Origin: Balanoglossus misakiensis
Lineage: Eukaryota; Animalia; Hemichordata
Assembly (NCBI GenBank): GCA_040954595.2
Contig: CM082587.2
Location: forward strand, 10,545,403-10,609,402
DNA: 64,000 nucleotides
Reading direction: 5' to 3'
A program made the translations under genes and the position numbers. Below the pieces are notes generated by a model. The model was not told the origin of the DNA. It worked only from the letters and a program-made list of their open reading frames with translations, and ran no database searches. Below, piece after piece: positions 49,101-62,506 of the stretch. Every line of letters begins with the position of its first letter. Within the stretch, counting starts at the first letter, position 1.

Positions 49101-52100
49101 TACATCGCAAAGAAAATCGACTCTGAGTGGCGAGCGACCAATTACAGAGAGATGCAAGCCTTCCTGGGCGTTGTCATCATCATGGGCATTGACCGCAAGC
49201 CTGCTGTGGGCGACCATTGGTCCAGCGACATTTTCCTGCATAATGTTGGCATTTCGTCAGTCATGACCCGTCAACGCTACCACAGGTTGATGCGGTATTT
49301 CCACTTGGCTGACCCCCAGAAGGATCCAAGACGAGACCCTGACCCGAACAGACGGTCACGCCGTTGTCAGGACGACCCAATGTATAAAGTAAACCCATGG
49401 ATGGAGCCCCTTGTAAACAGTTGCGTACACAGCTATCAGATGGGACAGGAAATCTCCATCGATGAAGGCATGGTGAAGTTCAAAGGACGTTCGAAATTCA
49501 AACAGAGGCTTCCCCACAAGCCAGACAGAGACGGCTTTAAGGTATTAGTCCATGGGCCAGACAGGAATTTGGTATCAGAAAGATGGACAAAGCCTCACAT
49601 GGTTTTTTGGAAAGGCCTATATCTCTAGATTATAAATTGGGGTGATAGCCCTGCCTATCGAGTAGCTTTCTGCATTTTTCCCTCAAAAACTAATGTAAGA
49701 ACATAAAAATTTCCGACCCAAATTTTGGGGGTAGGGGAACTTTAAATTGCTGTAACTCCAGCAAAACTAAAGCCAGAACAGTCATTTACCACTCAAATTG
49801 TGTGTTTTTTAGAACTCTACCAATATAATATATTTTGGTGGTAATTCGTTTTGAATTGAGGTCAATAGAGGTCAAAAGGTCATGAAATTTGGGTCATTCT
49901 GAAAATTTGTAGTATGACTATTTCTTGAACGATTTTTTTTAACTTAAGTCTTTAAATGTCATTTACAAGATAAAATACTTTCCCAGAATCTATTTCAAAC
50001 CAATAGGAAACCTTATTATTCATTTATGACCAGAAAAACACAAATAAAGAGAAACGACAGAAAGACATCCAATTTTCCACTCAGATTTAAGGGTAGGGGA
50101 AACTTAAGTTCTTGTAACTCCGGCAAAAATAAACCCAGAACAGTCATCTACCACTCAAATTGTGTTTTTTTTAGAACTCTACCAATATAATATATTTTGG
50201 TGGTAATTCGTTTTGAATTAAGGTCAATAGAGGTCAAAAGGTCATGAAATTTGGGTCATTCTGAACATTTGTAGTATGACTATTTCTTGAACGATTTTTT
50301 TGAACTTATAAGTCTTTAAATGTCATTTAGAAGATAAAATACTCTCCCAGAATCTATTTCAAACCAATAAAAAACCCTATTATTCAATTACGATCAGAAA
50401 AACACAAATACAGAGATACGGAAGAATGGCACAAGACTTCAGACCCTGATATTGGGGTAGGGGAAACTTAAGTAGTTGTAACTCCGGCAAAAATAAAGCC
50501 AGAAAAGTCATCTACCTCTCAAATTGTGTGTTTTTAGCACTCTAGCGATTGTATATGTATTTGTTGCAATTTTGTTTTGAATTTAGGTCAAAGAGGTCAA
50601 AAGATCACAAGATTTGGGTAATTTCGAAAAATTATGGTACGAACATTTCCCGCATTAATTTTTTAAACCCAAGTCTTCAAATGTCATTTATGAGATAAAA
50701 TACTCTACACGATTTTTTTTCAGACCAATTGAAGACCTTATTATTCAATTACAATCAGAAAAAAAATTAGTAGAGAAACGGGATAATAACAAACAATTTC
50801 CCACGGATTTTGGGGTAGGTTTGGCCATCTAACAGGTAAGTATACACCCAACTGATCATGCACATATGGTATTTAGGAGAACGGATGTGCAAATTTGTGA
50901 ACCTTTGCATGCTGCTCATGTGCACTATACTTGTATGATGATTCCTAACAATACTACGAGAAGGGGCCATTATAGCATTGTAGCTCTGATTGTGTATTAT
51001 TGTTGGATACCATCCTACAGTGTACAGGCACAGCAGATGACAAGCCAAGCAAAGGTTCAAAAATCTGCTTATTTTTTTTCCTCAACACAATATGAGCATG
51101 ATCTATTTATATTCAGGTCCAGTATAATAAATAAAAAAATGGCCTCGTCACTCTACAAGATCACGCCTCCTGGATAACTTTGCTGAATACAGCTAACATA
51201 CAAAAATACAAACCAATTCAGGACCTCGCCATTGGTTTGGGCGAAGGTGAAATTCCTCAGGTGCAGTACCATCGGAAATGCCGAAGTCTCTTTACGATGA
51301 AAAAGGCTCTTGAATCTATCCTTTCTAAAGAGCAGTCGTCATCAACTGAGGGAACCAATACACTGGAACGTAAAAAAGAGGTCGAGCATACAAGGGTCTC
51401 GGTGTGATCACATTTGCCTATTTTGCTCCACCACCAAGTACATGAAGGGAAGTAGGACAAGAGCTCCTTTAGTTCGTTGTCAGCAATTGCGTACGGACAA
51501 CACATTTAGGGAGGCAGCAACAAGAAAAATGACAGTAAAATTTGTGCACTTCTCAGTCGTGAGTTGGTTGCTGCTGAGGGTCACTATCATAGAAAGTGTT
51601 ATAGGGACTATACAAGGCCTGATATTCAAGCAGGTTCAAGTCATATGGAGGTTGATGAAAGTCAACATGATCAAGATACTAGTTATGAGGATGTCCTGCA
51701 AATTGCTCAAGAAGAGTTATTTTCTTTTATCAGAAATGATTTGTTCACAAACCCTGAGGTAGTTCCCCTGACTGATCTATCAAACAAGTTAGTTACCAAA
51801 ATGCTCCAACTTGGTGTTAAACAGGTTAACAATTCCACCAACAAAACTTGCAGCATACGCTAAATACGGAATTCAAAGGGACATTGATTTTTTTGAATGA
51901 TGTAAATGGTAGGGTGCTTGTATATCCGTCATCACTAGATATAGGTACTGTTGACCTGAAGTACAATGCTGTAAGAAAAGAACTTCTTGCAGCAGAAAAA
52001 CAATCACATGAAAGTATCATCACCACATCTGCTCTAATCCTGCTTACGCTGCTTGAATATCAGGCCTTGTATAGTCCATATAACACTTACTAAGATAGTG

Positions 52101-55100
52101 ACCCTCAGCAGCAACCAACTCAAAACTGAGAAGTGCACGAATTTTACTGTCATTTTTCTTGGTGCTGCCTCCCTAAATGTGTTGTCCGTACGCAATTGCT
52201 GACAACGAACTAAAGGAGCTCTTGTCCTACTTCCCTTCATGTACTTGGTGGTGGAGCAAAATAAGCAAATGTGATCACACCGACACCCTTGTATGCTCGA
52301 CCTCTTTTTTACGTTCCAGTGTATTGGTTCCCTCAGTTGATGACGACTGCTCTTTAGAAAGGATAGATTCAAGAGCCTTTTTCATCGTAAAGAGACTTCG
52401 GCATTTCCGATGGTACTGCACCTGAGGAATTTCACCTTCGCCCAAACCAATGGCGAGGTCCTGAATTGGTTTGTATTTTTGTATGTTAGCTGTATTCAGC
52501 AAAGCTATCCAGGAGGTGTGATCTTGTAGAGTAACGAGGCTTGCTTTATGGTCGGATTCATGACAGTCGAGAAAACAATCCCGTCAGCCCTCTTGTGTGG
52601 AATAGAAGATGGGCTTGCCATTTTTTATTTATTATACTGGACCTGAATATAAATAAATCATGCTCATATTGTGTTGAGGAAAAAAAATAAGCAGATTTTT
52701 GAACCTTTGCTTGGCTTGTCATCTGCTGTGCCTGTACACTGTAGAATGGTATCCAACAATAATACACAATCAGAGCTACAATGCTATAATGGCCCCTTCT
52801 CGTAGTATTGTTAGGAATCATCATACAAGTACAGTGCACATGAGCAGCATGCAAAGGTTCACAAATCTGCACATCCGTTCTCCTAAACACCATATGTGCA
52901 TGATCAGTTGGGTGTATACTTACCTGTTAGATGGCCAAACCTACCCCAAAATCCGTGGGAAATTGTTTGTTATTATCCCGTTTCTCTACTAATTTTTTCT
53001 GATTGTAATTGAATAACAAGATCTTCAATTGGTTCGGGAAAAAAATGGTGTAGAGTATTTTATCTCATAAATGACATTTGAAGACTTGGGTTTAAAAAAT
53101 TAATGCGGGAAATGTTCGTACCATAATTTTTCGAAATTACCCAAATCTTGTGATCTTTTGACCTCTTTGACCTAAATTCAGAACAAAATTGCAACAAATA
53201 CATATACAATCGCTAGAGTGCTAAAAAACACACAATTTGAGAGGTAGATGACTTTTCTGGCTTTATTTTTGCCGGAGTTACAACTACTTAAGTTTCCCCT
53301 ACCCCAATATCAGGGTCTGAAGTCTTGTGCCATTCTTCCGTATCTCTGTATTTGTGTTTTTCTGATCGTAATTGAATAATAGGGTTTTTTATTGGTTTGA
53401 AATAGATTCTGGGAGAGTATTGTATCTTCTAAATGACATTTAAAGACTTATAAGTTCAAAAAAATCGTTCAAGAAATAGTCATTCTACAAATGTTCAGAA
53501 TGACCCAAATTTCATGACCTTTTGACCTCTATTGGCCTTAATTCAAAACGAATTACCACCAAAAATATATTATATTGGTAGAGTTCTAAAAAACACACAA
53601 TTTGAGTGGTAGATGACTGTTCTGGGTTTATTTTTGCCGGAGTTACAAGAACTTAAGTTTCCCCTACCCTTAAATCTGAGTGGAAAATTGGATGCCTTTC
53701 TGTCGTTTCTCCTTATTTGTGTTTTTCTGGTCATAAATGAATAATAAGATTTTCTATTGGTTTGAAATACATTCTGGGAGAGTATTTTATCTTCTGAATG
53801 ACATTTAAAGACTTAAGTTCAAAACTATCGTTCAAGAAATAGTCATACTACAAATTTTCAGAATGACCCAAATTTCATGACCTTTTGACCTCTATTGACC
53901 TCAATTCAAAACGAATTACCACCAAAATATATTATATTGGTAGAGTTCTAAAAGACACACAATTTGAGTGGTAAATGACTGTTCTGGCTTTAGTTTTGCT
54001 GGAGATACAGCAATTTAAAGTTCCCCTACCCCCAAAATTTGGGTCGGAAATTTTTATGTTCTTACATTAGTTTTTGAGGGAAAAAATGCAGAAAGCTACT
54101 CGATAGGCAGGGCTATCACCCCAATTTATAATCTAGAGATATAGGCCTTTCCAAAAAACCACATGAGGCTTTGTCCATCTTTCTGATACCAATTCATGAA
54201 AAATCGGGTCCTGGCCCATGGACTATATGGCAGTTGGCGGACTCTGTCACATCCTATGTGGCAAACTTTGCTCCCTACCTGGGGGTGAAGTACCTTGACA
54301 GGAATGACGGGAAAAAACAGGAGAGGGGAGTGGTGAAAAGAATAACGATTGAACTTGTTCAGCCGTTCTGCGGGTACAACCACATCCTCTTCTGTGACAG
54401 CCTCTTCACAACTGTGTTAACTGCGAGAGAACTGATGGAGATGGGCATGTATATGGTTGGAAGCTTCAACCGACGTAACCGTCGGAGTATGCCGCCCATG
54501 CTTATTCCCCCCGGGAAAAAGAAGAAGCTTCCACTGAAGGTCGGTGAAATGAAGGCAGCCACCCGAGTCGATTGCCGAATCAACCTGGCAGCTTATCAGG
54601 ATAGCAATGCACAGGTGTTGATCCTGAACAACGTTTATCCACCAATTGACACGGAGACAGTTGGCAGTGGTGAGGAAGAGAGAAATGTGCCCCTGAGTTT
54701 GTCGAAGTACCGCGTCTTCATGGGAGGCGTTGACCGCGCTAACCAGAAGCGAAAATACTACCACTGTGGGCGAAAGAACAACCGCTGGTGGGTATACATG
54801 GCCTGGTACCTGATGGATGTAGCATTGACGAATGCTTACGTATGTTTCAAAGACCTTAACCCCCAGACCAAGGTGAAGCACAAGTTCTTCAACCTACGTG
54901 TTGGGAAGCAACTCATTGGCGGATTCACCAGTCGTGGTCAAGGCAACGTACGGGAAATAGAGCGCACAGTTACTGACAGCTCTTTCATTTTCCCTGGAAA
55001 CATACCCCAACACGTCGAAAGTAGATTACCTGGACGGCAGAAAACCTGCAAGCTATGCAGTAGGGAAGGCAAGAGGACCCTTTCTGGACGGCGTTCGGAG

Positions 55101-57685
55101 ACTGTCATGGGATGTGCGCTCTGCCAAGTGCATTTGCATCAAGGCGAATGCTTCGCCTCGTTCCACCACCATATGATGCTACGAGGAAAGAAGAGCATCG
55201 GGACACAGTTTCCAGAAGGAGATGTGCGAGTTCGGCAGCCGAGACGGGACAAACCGCTCCGGCGAAGTTCCAGAAACACGGACCATTCCTAAATTATTCC
55301 CCTCCCGAGAGGGTGACACGGGCTTCCGGTGAACCAGCCCTGGCATTTGTGCGGACTTTAGTCATTTTTTTCTGTGGACCCCCACTAAATTATGCCCTTG
55401 AGTAGGGCTACGAGGTGACCGAGCCTCATTTACGGACAATGAAACACGGACTGTGAGAAACGGACAGGTTACTTGCGGACACTGAAACACGGATTGTGAC
55501 ATGGGCTCGTCTTGAACGAGCCCCGTTTGCGCGGACTTTAGTCATTTTTTTCTGTGGACCCCCACTAAATTATGCCCTTGAGTAGGGCTACGAGGTGACC
55601 GAGCCTCATTTACGGACAATGAAACACGGACTGTGAGAAACGGACAGGTTACTTGCGGACACTGAAACACGGATTGTGACATGGGCTTGTCTTGAACGAG
55701 CCCCGTTGCGCGGACTTTAGTCATTTTTTTCTGTGGACCCCCACTAAATTATGCCCTTGAGTAGGGCTACGAGGTGACTGAGCCTCATTTACGGACAATG
55801 AAACACAGACTGTGAGAAACGGACAGGTTACTTGCAAACACTGAAACACGGATTGTATGATGTTACTGTAACGGTGCACGAATCACTCTTTTTTAGGAAA
55901 TAAAGTGCTATTTATGAGGCAACCTGTGGTGGTGTTAATCCCTCTAATATGACGCACAGTAACGGGGGTCTTGTGTAAATAGTCGTCCGGTTCAACACTC
56001 GCCCCTGGCCGAAATGGTGCAATGGGGCCTGCAGAACTTGCGGGTTACCTGTGACCGTGTCGGTACAACCCTGTACCGTAAAAAACTATAGCGTATTAAC
56101 ACCGTAATGAACGTCTGTCTACTGTGCGTAACTAACCAACGTGTCGTTATCACAACGTCCGTGTGTGTCTTGTGTGCGAGAATGAGTCGTTGTCAGGCGG
56201 CTGTAGAGCGGAACACTGTGCGCCAGTGTCCAGTCGTTCGCATTACGTGTCGAACTAACTCGTACCCTACAGGAAAGTGGCAGGGGAAGGGGTGCCCGAA
56301 CACCCCTGGCGGTACACCCTGGGTACCCTACTAATAACTGATGGTGTCGTTGTTGTGACGTGATGTGGCGTGTACTAACACACTAACTTTATTTTCGTAA
56401 AAGTAAGCCTCGAAACGACGTTTACAGACGCTCCCCTCCCAGGGGAACGAACCCGATGACCCCACAACTTTTACCCGGTTAATTGTTGTTTGAGGTCCCG
56501 CCGACACGGGACTGTGCCAAACTTGAAGTCTAGCACGTTCAAAAGCAGCTAAAATGACCCTCCAAAAACCCAATTTTCAGGCAAAAAGCCTGGTAATCCA
56601 GCGGGTGTAGAGGCGGTCTCGTAACGAGTCGGCGGCCCAACGGGTTTTGACCCCCGGTAGCAAGAGGGTTAATAAGCTGAATGATGCAGAAATGCTCTCT
56701 GCAAACTAAATAAACAAATCAATCAATCAATATGTGATACACTCACAAAATGAATGACACATACCAGGTTCACACAGAGAAAAATGTGAGACACTATTTG
56801 CCTATGATAAACTCAGAGCATTGTGTCCACACACACAAAGTTTGTGTATATGCGTTGAGGCTCGGCCCCATAGACAATCATGAGTTAAAAATACTGTTAA
56901 GAAGATGGCTTGTGAGGTTTCAAACAATTTTGCAGTGATGAGACAACTACAAGTGAATATTTACTTTTAAGTAGCAATTTAAGACAAGGGTATCTAAATT
57001 AGTTAATACTTGTGTTGTTTCACAAACCTTGAACTTGATAGAGACATCCTCAGGACAGGCAACAACTGAGTAGGATACAAGAAGAGATGAAGGACTTTCA
57101 CCATCTGACAAGATGTTGTAAGCATCCCCACTTAGAACCAGACCATCTTCATCAATCATGCAGTATGGGTACATGCACATGTCTGTTACCCGGACAACTA
57201 CAGATGCATCATTTGAACCAATCACGTTCAGGCATTGCCCACAAACCTGCAATCACACATGAAGGTATCAAAATGCATGTATACTATTTCAACAAACCAA
57301 CTAACTCCTTCTTTAGACAACACTGCAGGTTTTGGTTTAAGTGCTTAATCAAATTAAGCTGAGGAAATTTCAAAGAAAAACAGTGCAACACACAAACTTA
57401 GACAAACACGATGAAATAAAATTATTCATAACAAAAGTTGTTACAAATCACAATGACTCAAAATGAGAGACTATCTGGTCAGTATTGACATCACAGCCAA
57501 TCATGTACAAGGACTTTCAGAACTAACGTTATCTATACTTACATGTGAATCTTGAAAATTGGCCATACCAGCAACCATACTTGTGTAAAATGTTCCAAAT
57601 GAACAGGTACCATCAGTTGGTGTCTCACGGTACTTCTCACAAGTTGCGTTTACAAAAGTCTCAAAGGTATCACAATCTTTACTGA
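46110..57685 (-). CDS. Expansin-like module copy B (57543-57685, 57028-57246, 56669-56705 + 46110-46413), third exon split by the piggyBac
   Basis: Near-identical to copies A and C; removing 46414-56672 restores GATCCAATATTAATAAGCTG as in the paralogs. Confidence 0.85.
46992..47490. repeat. ~139-bp tandem repeat x~3.6 in the piggyBac left subterminal region
   Basis: GGACAGG..ACGGGACTTGGC.. recurs at 46992, 47129, 47268, 47408. Confidence 0.92.
49546..54225. mobile_element. Academ-like foldback element, ~2.1-kb inverted arms, 3-bp TSD (TAT)
   Basis: TAT|TAGTCCATGGGCCAG...CTGGCCCATGGACTA|TAT; arms 49546-51633 / 52049-54225; remnant peptides YHRKCRSLFT and LVAAEGHYHRKCYRDYTR. Superfamily call from TAG ends, 3-bp TSD and motif recall. 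Confidence 0.75.
49720..50820. repeat. ~363-bp subterminal tandem repeat x3 in the left arm (mirrored ~52940-54040)
   Basis: GGGTAGGGGAA(A)CTT..GTAACTCC recurs at ~49729, 50091, 50455. Confidence 0.85.
55346..55857. repeat. ~180-bp tandem repeat x~2.8 in the piggyBac right subterminal region
   Basis: GCGGACTTTAGTCATTTTTTTCTGTGGACCCCC at 55351, 55531, 55710. Confidence 0.92.
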
Positions 57686-58025
57686 CTGCAAAAACAACAA
57701 CACCAGTATTAAGATAAATTATTTAATATTCAATCAATATGTAATCTTGGGTTCAATCAAAATCACACAACCATAAAACTTAATTTATGCACAAAAATTG
57801 ATGGTTTCATGTTATATGTCATAAACAATACTGATTTTTGAAAAACAGGTGTATTTTTCTTCACCTCCATGACTTGTATACTTCTGCTGAATTTCAGCCA
57901 AATAGTGTGCATTTGGACAGTTGCTGGCAATTGCAACCAACGTGTACAAGACCTTTTTCTTTGTGGCAACCATTAGCTGCCCAAGATGAGTTTACATGCG
58001 TAGTTTTTACAAGTAGTATAATTAC

Positions 58026-58966
58026 CTGTTGTTACATCATGAGAAGGTGTCACTGGTTTTGTTGTTGATATTTTAGTTGTTGAAAGTGGTTCTGAAGATT
58101 TCGATTGAAATTCAGTGCGTTCGGTGGTCAGTTCTTTGACACTAGTTGTAGGCAGGGATGTACTTGTTTTGGATTCTGTTGACCTGATTTCATATTCTGT
58201 TGTCAAAGACTTTGTAACATCAGGTGTGACTGGCTCAGCTGTTGTAGGGTTAGGCTTGATGTCAGTTGTTCCTCTTTGAGCACTTTTGTTACATCTGTTG
58301 CAGTTGGGCCTATATCTGTTCTCTCTGTGGTTGTGTCTTCTTCATCTTCAACTGTTGAAAGTATGGTTGGATTGACACTTGCAGACTCTGTTGTTGATAT
58401 TTTAGATGAAAGTGGTTCTGAAGATTTCGATTGAAATTCGGTGCGTTTGGTGGTCAGTTCTTGGACACTAGTTGTAGGCAGGGATGTACTTGTATCTACA
58501 TCTGTTACTATTCTTGTCTTTGATTCTGTTGACCTGATTTCATATTCTGTAACATCAGGCGTGACTTCAGGCTCGACTGTTGTTGGGTTAGGCTTGATAT
58601 CAGTAGTTGCTCTTTCAGCACTTGTTACATCTGTTGCAGTTGGGCCTATATCAGTTCTTGATGTTGTTTCTGTGGTTGTGTCTTCTTCATCTTCAACTGT
58701 TGAAAGTATGGTTGGATTGACGCTTGTTGTTGACAGAGTTGACGTTGTGAAAGTCTCAGATATTGCTGAGCTGACTTCATCCTGATCTGTGACTATAACA
58801 TGGGTGGTCGAGTGGAGACCAGTTGTGATCTCTTCAGATGAAACTGTTGTACCACTTGTCACTTCAGTTCTTGTAGACCGACTGGTGAAGGAATCAGTCT
58901 CAGGCCCCCGGGTTGTAATGTACCCAGGCAATGTTGTTGGACCCTCCTGAGTAGATTGCATTTCAT
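58026..58966 (-). CDS. Mucin-like linker exon (copy A) with internal duplication and +2 frameshift
   Basis: CACTTTTGTTACATC at ~58281 vs CACTTGTTACATC in the paralogous repeats. Confidence 0.8.
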
Positions 58967-59204
58967 CTGTTTTGGCAGAAATGAAACACGAAGAAAATAA
59001 GCAAATGCAAAAATTAATCCTCGCATAATAACAATTGCCTCCATTGATATCGCAAACAAATTTCCCATCACGAAAATAACCCGTTTTACAGTACATACAT
59101 ACAGACAGACTAAACTGATCCCATAAGGTCCCATGGTATAGTATACATGTATACTGGTATATACCAAACGGGACCTAAACTATGAAACTGAAACACAATC
59201 TTAC

Positions 59205-60538
59205 CTTCAAGCGTACTCTCGATTGTTGTAACTATTCCAAAGTCTGGAAGTGTAGTAACTTCAAGCTCATCATCCTCACAATGTTGAAATTGCTTGGAGG
59301 TGTCAATAATCCCACCAAAATGAAACTCTCTAACCCTGTAGTTAATTTTACCAGACACCGAATAGACCTTGACATTGAGAGGGGCTTGTATATCACCAGA
59401 ACCAATGGGTGGTTCAAATAAGTTATCACTGAGTCTGTCTAGAGTAATCCAGGGACCAGTTGTGTGGACTTCCACAGTGGTGACAGGGTAACGATGATCC
59501 AATATTAATAAGCTGAATGATGCAGAAATGCTCTCTGCAAACTAAATCAACAAATCAATCAATCAAAATGTGGTACACTCAAAAAATGAATGACAGTCCC
59601 TAGTCGGTCATAATATTTTGAAATTAGAGCAACACATTATTGTCAATGTCCTAGTCCCCACTGGATCTGCCCTAGTCCAAATCAGTTGAGACTGGTTTGA
59701 TTTCCAAGAGATCTAAACTTCCAGTAAAGAAACAGATGGACCACTCCTGACAATTTTAACTTCAATCTTACAAATACTATTTAAAATGTGGCTAGTGAGG
59801 TTTAAAACAATTTTGCAGTGATGTGACAACTACAGGAAATATTTACTTTTAAGTAGCAATTAAAGAAAAGGGTATCTAAATTAGTGAATAATTGTGTTGT
59901 TTCACAAACCTTGAACTTGATAGAGACATCCTCAGGACAGGCAACAACTGAGTAGGATACAAGAAGAGATGAAGGACTTTCACCATCTGACAAGATGTTG
60001 TAAGCATCCTGACTTAGAACCAGACCATCTTCATCACTCATGCAGTACAGGTACATGCACATGTCTGTTACCCGGACAACTACAGATACATCATTTGAAC
60101 CAATCACGTTCAGGCATTGCCCGCAAACCTGCAATTACACAAACCAAAAAACTCCTTTAGACAACACTGGAAATACTACAGTATGCAGTTTTTTTCAAGT
60201 ACATTTAGTGATTAAATCAATCTTGGGTGAGAAATTTAAAAAAATACAGTGCAACACATAAAACAAGACAAAATAAAATCATTCATAACAGTGTTACAAA
60301 TCACAATGAGAAATTGGAGACAATCTGGTCAGTATTGACACTGGAGCAAAACATTTACCGGTACATAGACTTTCAAGAACTAACTTTATACTTACATGTG
60401 AATCTTGAAAATTGGCCATACCAGCAACCATACTTGTGTAGAATGTTCCAAATGAACAGGTACCATCAGTTGGTGTCTCAATGTATTTCTCACAAGTTGC
60501 GTTTACAAAAGTCTCAAAGGTTCCACAATCTCTACTGA
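59205..60538 (-). CDS. Expansin-like module copy A (exons 60396-60538, 59910-60128, 59205-59541)
   Basis: Same D1/D2 motifs; canonical splice sites with compatible phases. Confidence 0.82.
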
Positions 60539-61237
60539 CTGTAAAATCAACAACACAAGCAAGATATTCTTTGCTGCAAGAAGAGTTAATATCCTAAAAT
60601 GGGTTTGTGTGGTACATTTTCTAATCTGGTGAAATGTGTTTGTGTGTAAGCTTTTATCATTTATTTACAGGTATGGGACCTTGTACAGTGGTGATATACC
60701 ATCTACAATGAAGACCAATTGATGATGTACAGAAGAGAAATTTCCTGATTTGTGCTGCTTTCTGATACTGAAACACATATCGACTAGCCATGTTCGGATA
60801 ACAGCATACGTTTGTGTCCCCTCGGGAATGCAAATTACCCCCAAAACAATCTGTTTCCATCGGCCTTCAGCCTCTAGAAACAGACTGTTCTGGGTTGACT
60901 CACAGTCCCTTAGGGAAACAAATGTATGCTGTTGCCCTCACTGCCAGTCAATATGCACAGTTTATCGGTACACACACACATTCAGCAGAAGCCATAATAT
61001 TGTTCAGTAATTGCAATGTATATTTTTTACTATATATGTGACAATGGGGCAAGACTTGACTAGCGCTATGCTATGTTTCTTGCTCCATATTGCCAATGTA
61101 AAAAATTAGATATACTGGTATACGGTATTAAGTATTTACCATTTCTCTGCCACAAAATATATTCCTTTCTTAAATTGTGGCAATAAAGGACAAATACTGA
61201 TATGAATACGAATTATACGAATACACAGTATAATTAC

Positions 61238-62337
61238 CTGTTGATACATCATGAGAAGGTGTCACTGGTTTTGTTGTTGATATTTTAGTTGAAAGTGGTG
61301 CACCAATAGTTTCAGATGTTGTAAATTCTTTATCTGAATCTGTCGTTGGTTTTCTTTCAGTCACAGTGATTGCCTGCGTTGATGGCGCCTCATAACCTGC
61401 ATATGGAAATCAAGTCATTCTGCATTAAAATATGTGAGATTCCATAGATCTCACTAATGATTATTTAATATCAATTATTTAATATAACTATATGATAAAT
61501 AACTTGACTGGAATGGAATTTGGATTTTATTGCTACATTTTGCTACACAACCTATTACTGATGTACACACAGAACGTAAACTTGTAAACTGCGCAAATTC
61601 GTGCACATTTGTCTCTTCGCATGGGATTAGATTGATATAAACTCACTACTATTGTCATTTTCATGACAATTTAGCTCAGTTAAATGAAAATAAATTCATT
61701 GGTCAAATAAAATTGTATGGTCACCACAGTCTATTCAGAGATAAATATCGTTAAATGTTTTTGGGTGAAGAAATGCTGACTCAGCTGTTTGTTTGTTTTT
61801 CAACTACACAAGGCCATGACTAAATTCAAGCATGGTGACCCCTGTATTATACAGCTTTTCATTATGCTAACAAATGAGAAACCAAAAATCCACAATTAAA
61901 AGAAATGAGATACTTTCACTTCCACTGAGAGGACATCTGTAAAGTAAACTTGTCATATTGTTTTCAGATATTCAGTGGATGTTTGTACTTGACGTACCTG
62001 TTGCATCTCTTGTTTGAGCATCAGTGTGTACTCTTGCCGTCGTGGTTACCAAATCATCTGTGTGTACTTTTGTCGCCGTGGTTGCCACATCATCTGTGTG
62101 TACTTTTGCCGTTGTGGTTACCATGCCATCTGTCTGTGCTCTCTTGGTGGTTCTCATAACATCTGTGTCTGCAGCTGCTGTGGAGATTTTCATCCGCAAT
62201 GTGGTCACTTCTTCCTCTTCTGTTGCCGCTCTATCAGTTCCATCCATTTCTGTCGTCCCAAGCTCTGCAGTTGACATGTCTGTGACCGTTTCCGTTTCTA
62301 TGACAATGGAGGCAATAGAGGTTATGCTGATTGAATT
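61238..62337 (-). CDS. Mucin-like exons (61238-61396; 61998-~62337)
   Basis: Thr-rich, repeated TTTAKVHTDD units. Confidence 0.7.
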
Positions 62338-62506
62338 CTGTTTGTCAAGTTTCACTTCAACATTCAAATAGCTTTTAAAGCCTCTCTGTTGTTTTGGAAG
62401 CGGGCATTCTGAACCATTTCTCCATATATCACACTACATGAACATAGAAGTTATCACGGTACTGTTTCAGCACACCACGATGTTTATAACAACAGTATAT
62501 ACACAC

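Larger units (their letters stand above)
47974..55292 (+). pseudogene. piggyBac transposase, interrupted (47974-~48661, frameshift at A8, 48663-49545, nested element, 54229-55292)
   Basis: SIDEGMV, GFKV|WQLADS rejoined across the insertion, FCDSLF, MGGVDRANQ, C-terminal CKLC..CALC..H..CF..FH; TATA-like TATAAAAG at ~47927. Confidence 0.9.
46414..56668 (+). mobile_element. piggyBac transposon (PGBD4-like) with nested insertion
   Basis: TTAA|CCCTAACGCTG...TAGCAAGAGGG|TTAA; DDD transposase inside. Confidence 0.95.

Noticed and set aside
54171-54228. N-terminus MSIFLIPIHEKSGPGPWTI of the 373-aa ORF as a real start
   Set aside because: Encoded by the nested element's TIR; the real frame joins GFKV from 49534-49545
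43076-60538. Bacterial contamination as the source of expansin sequence
   Set aside because: The domains are split by canonical spliceosomal introns containing host MITEs and are phase-compatible with neighbouring exons
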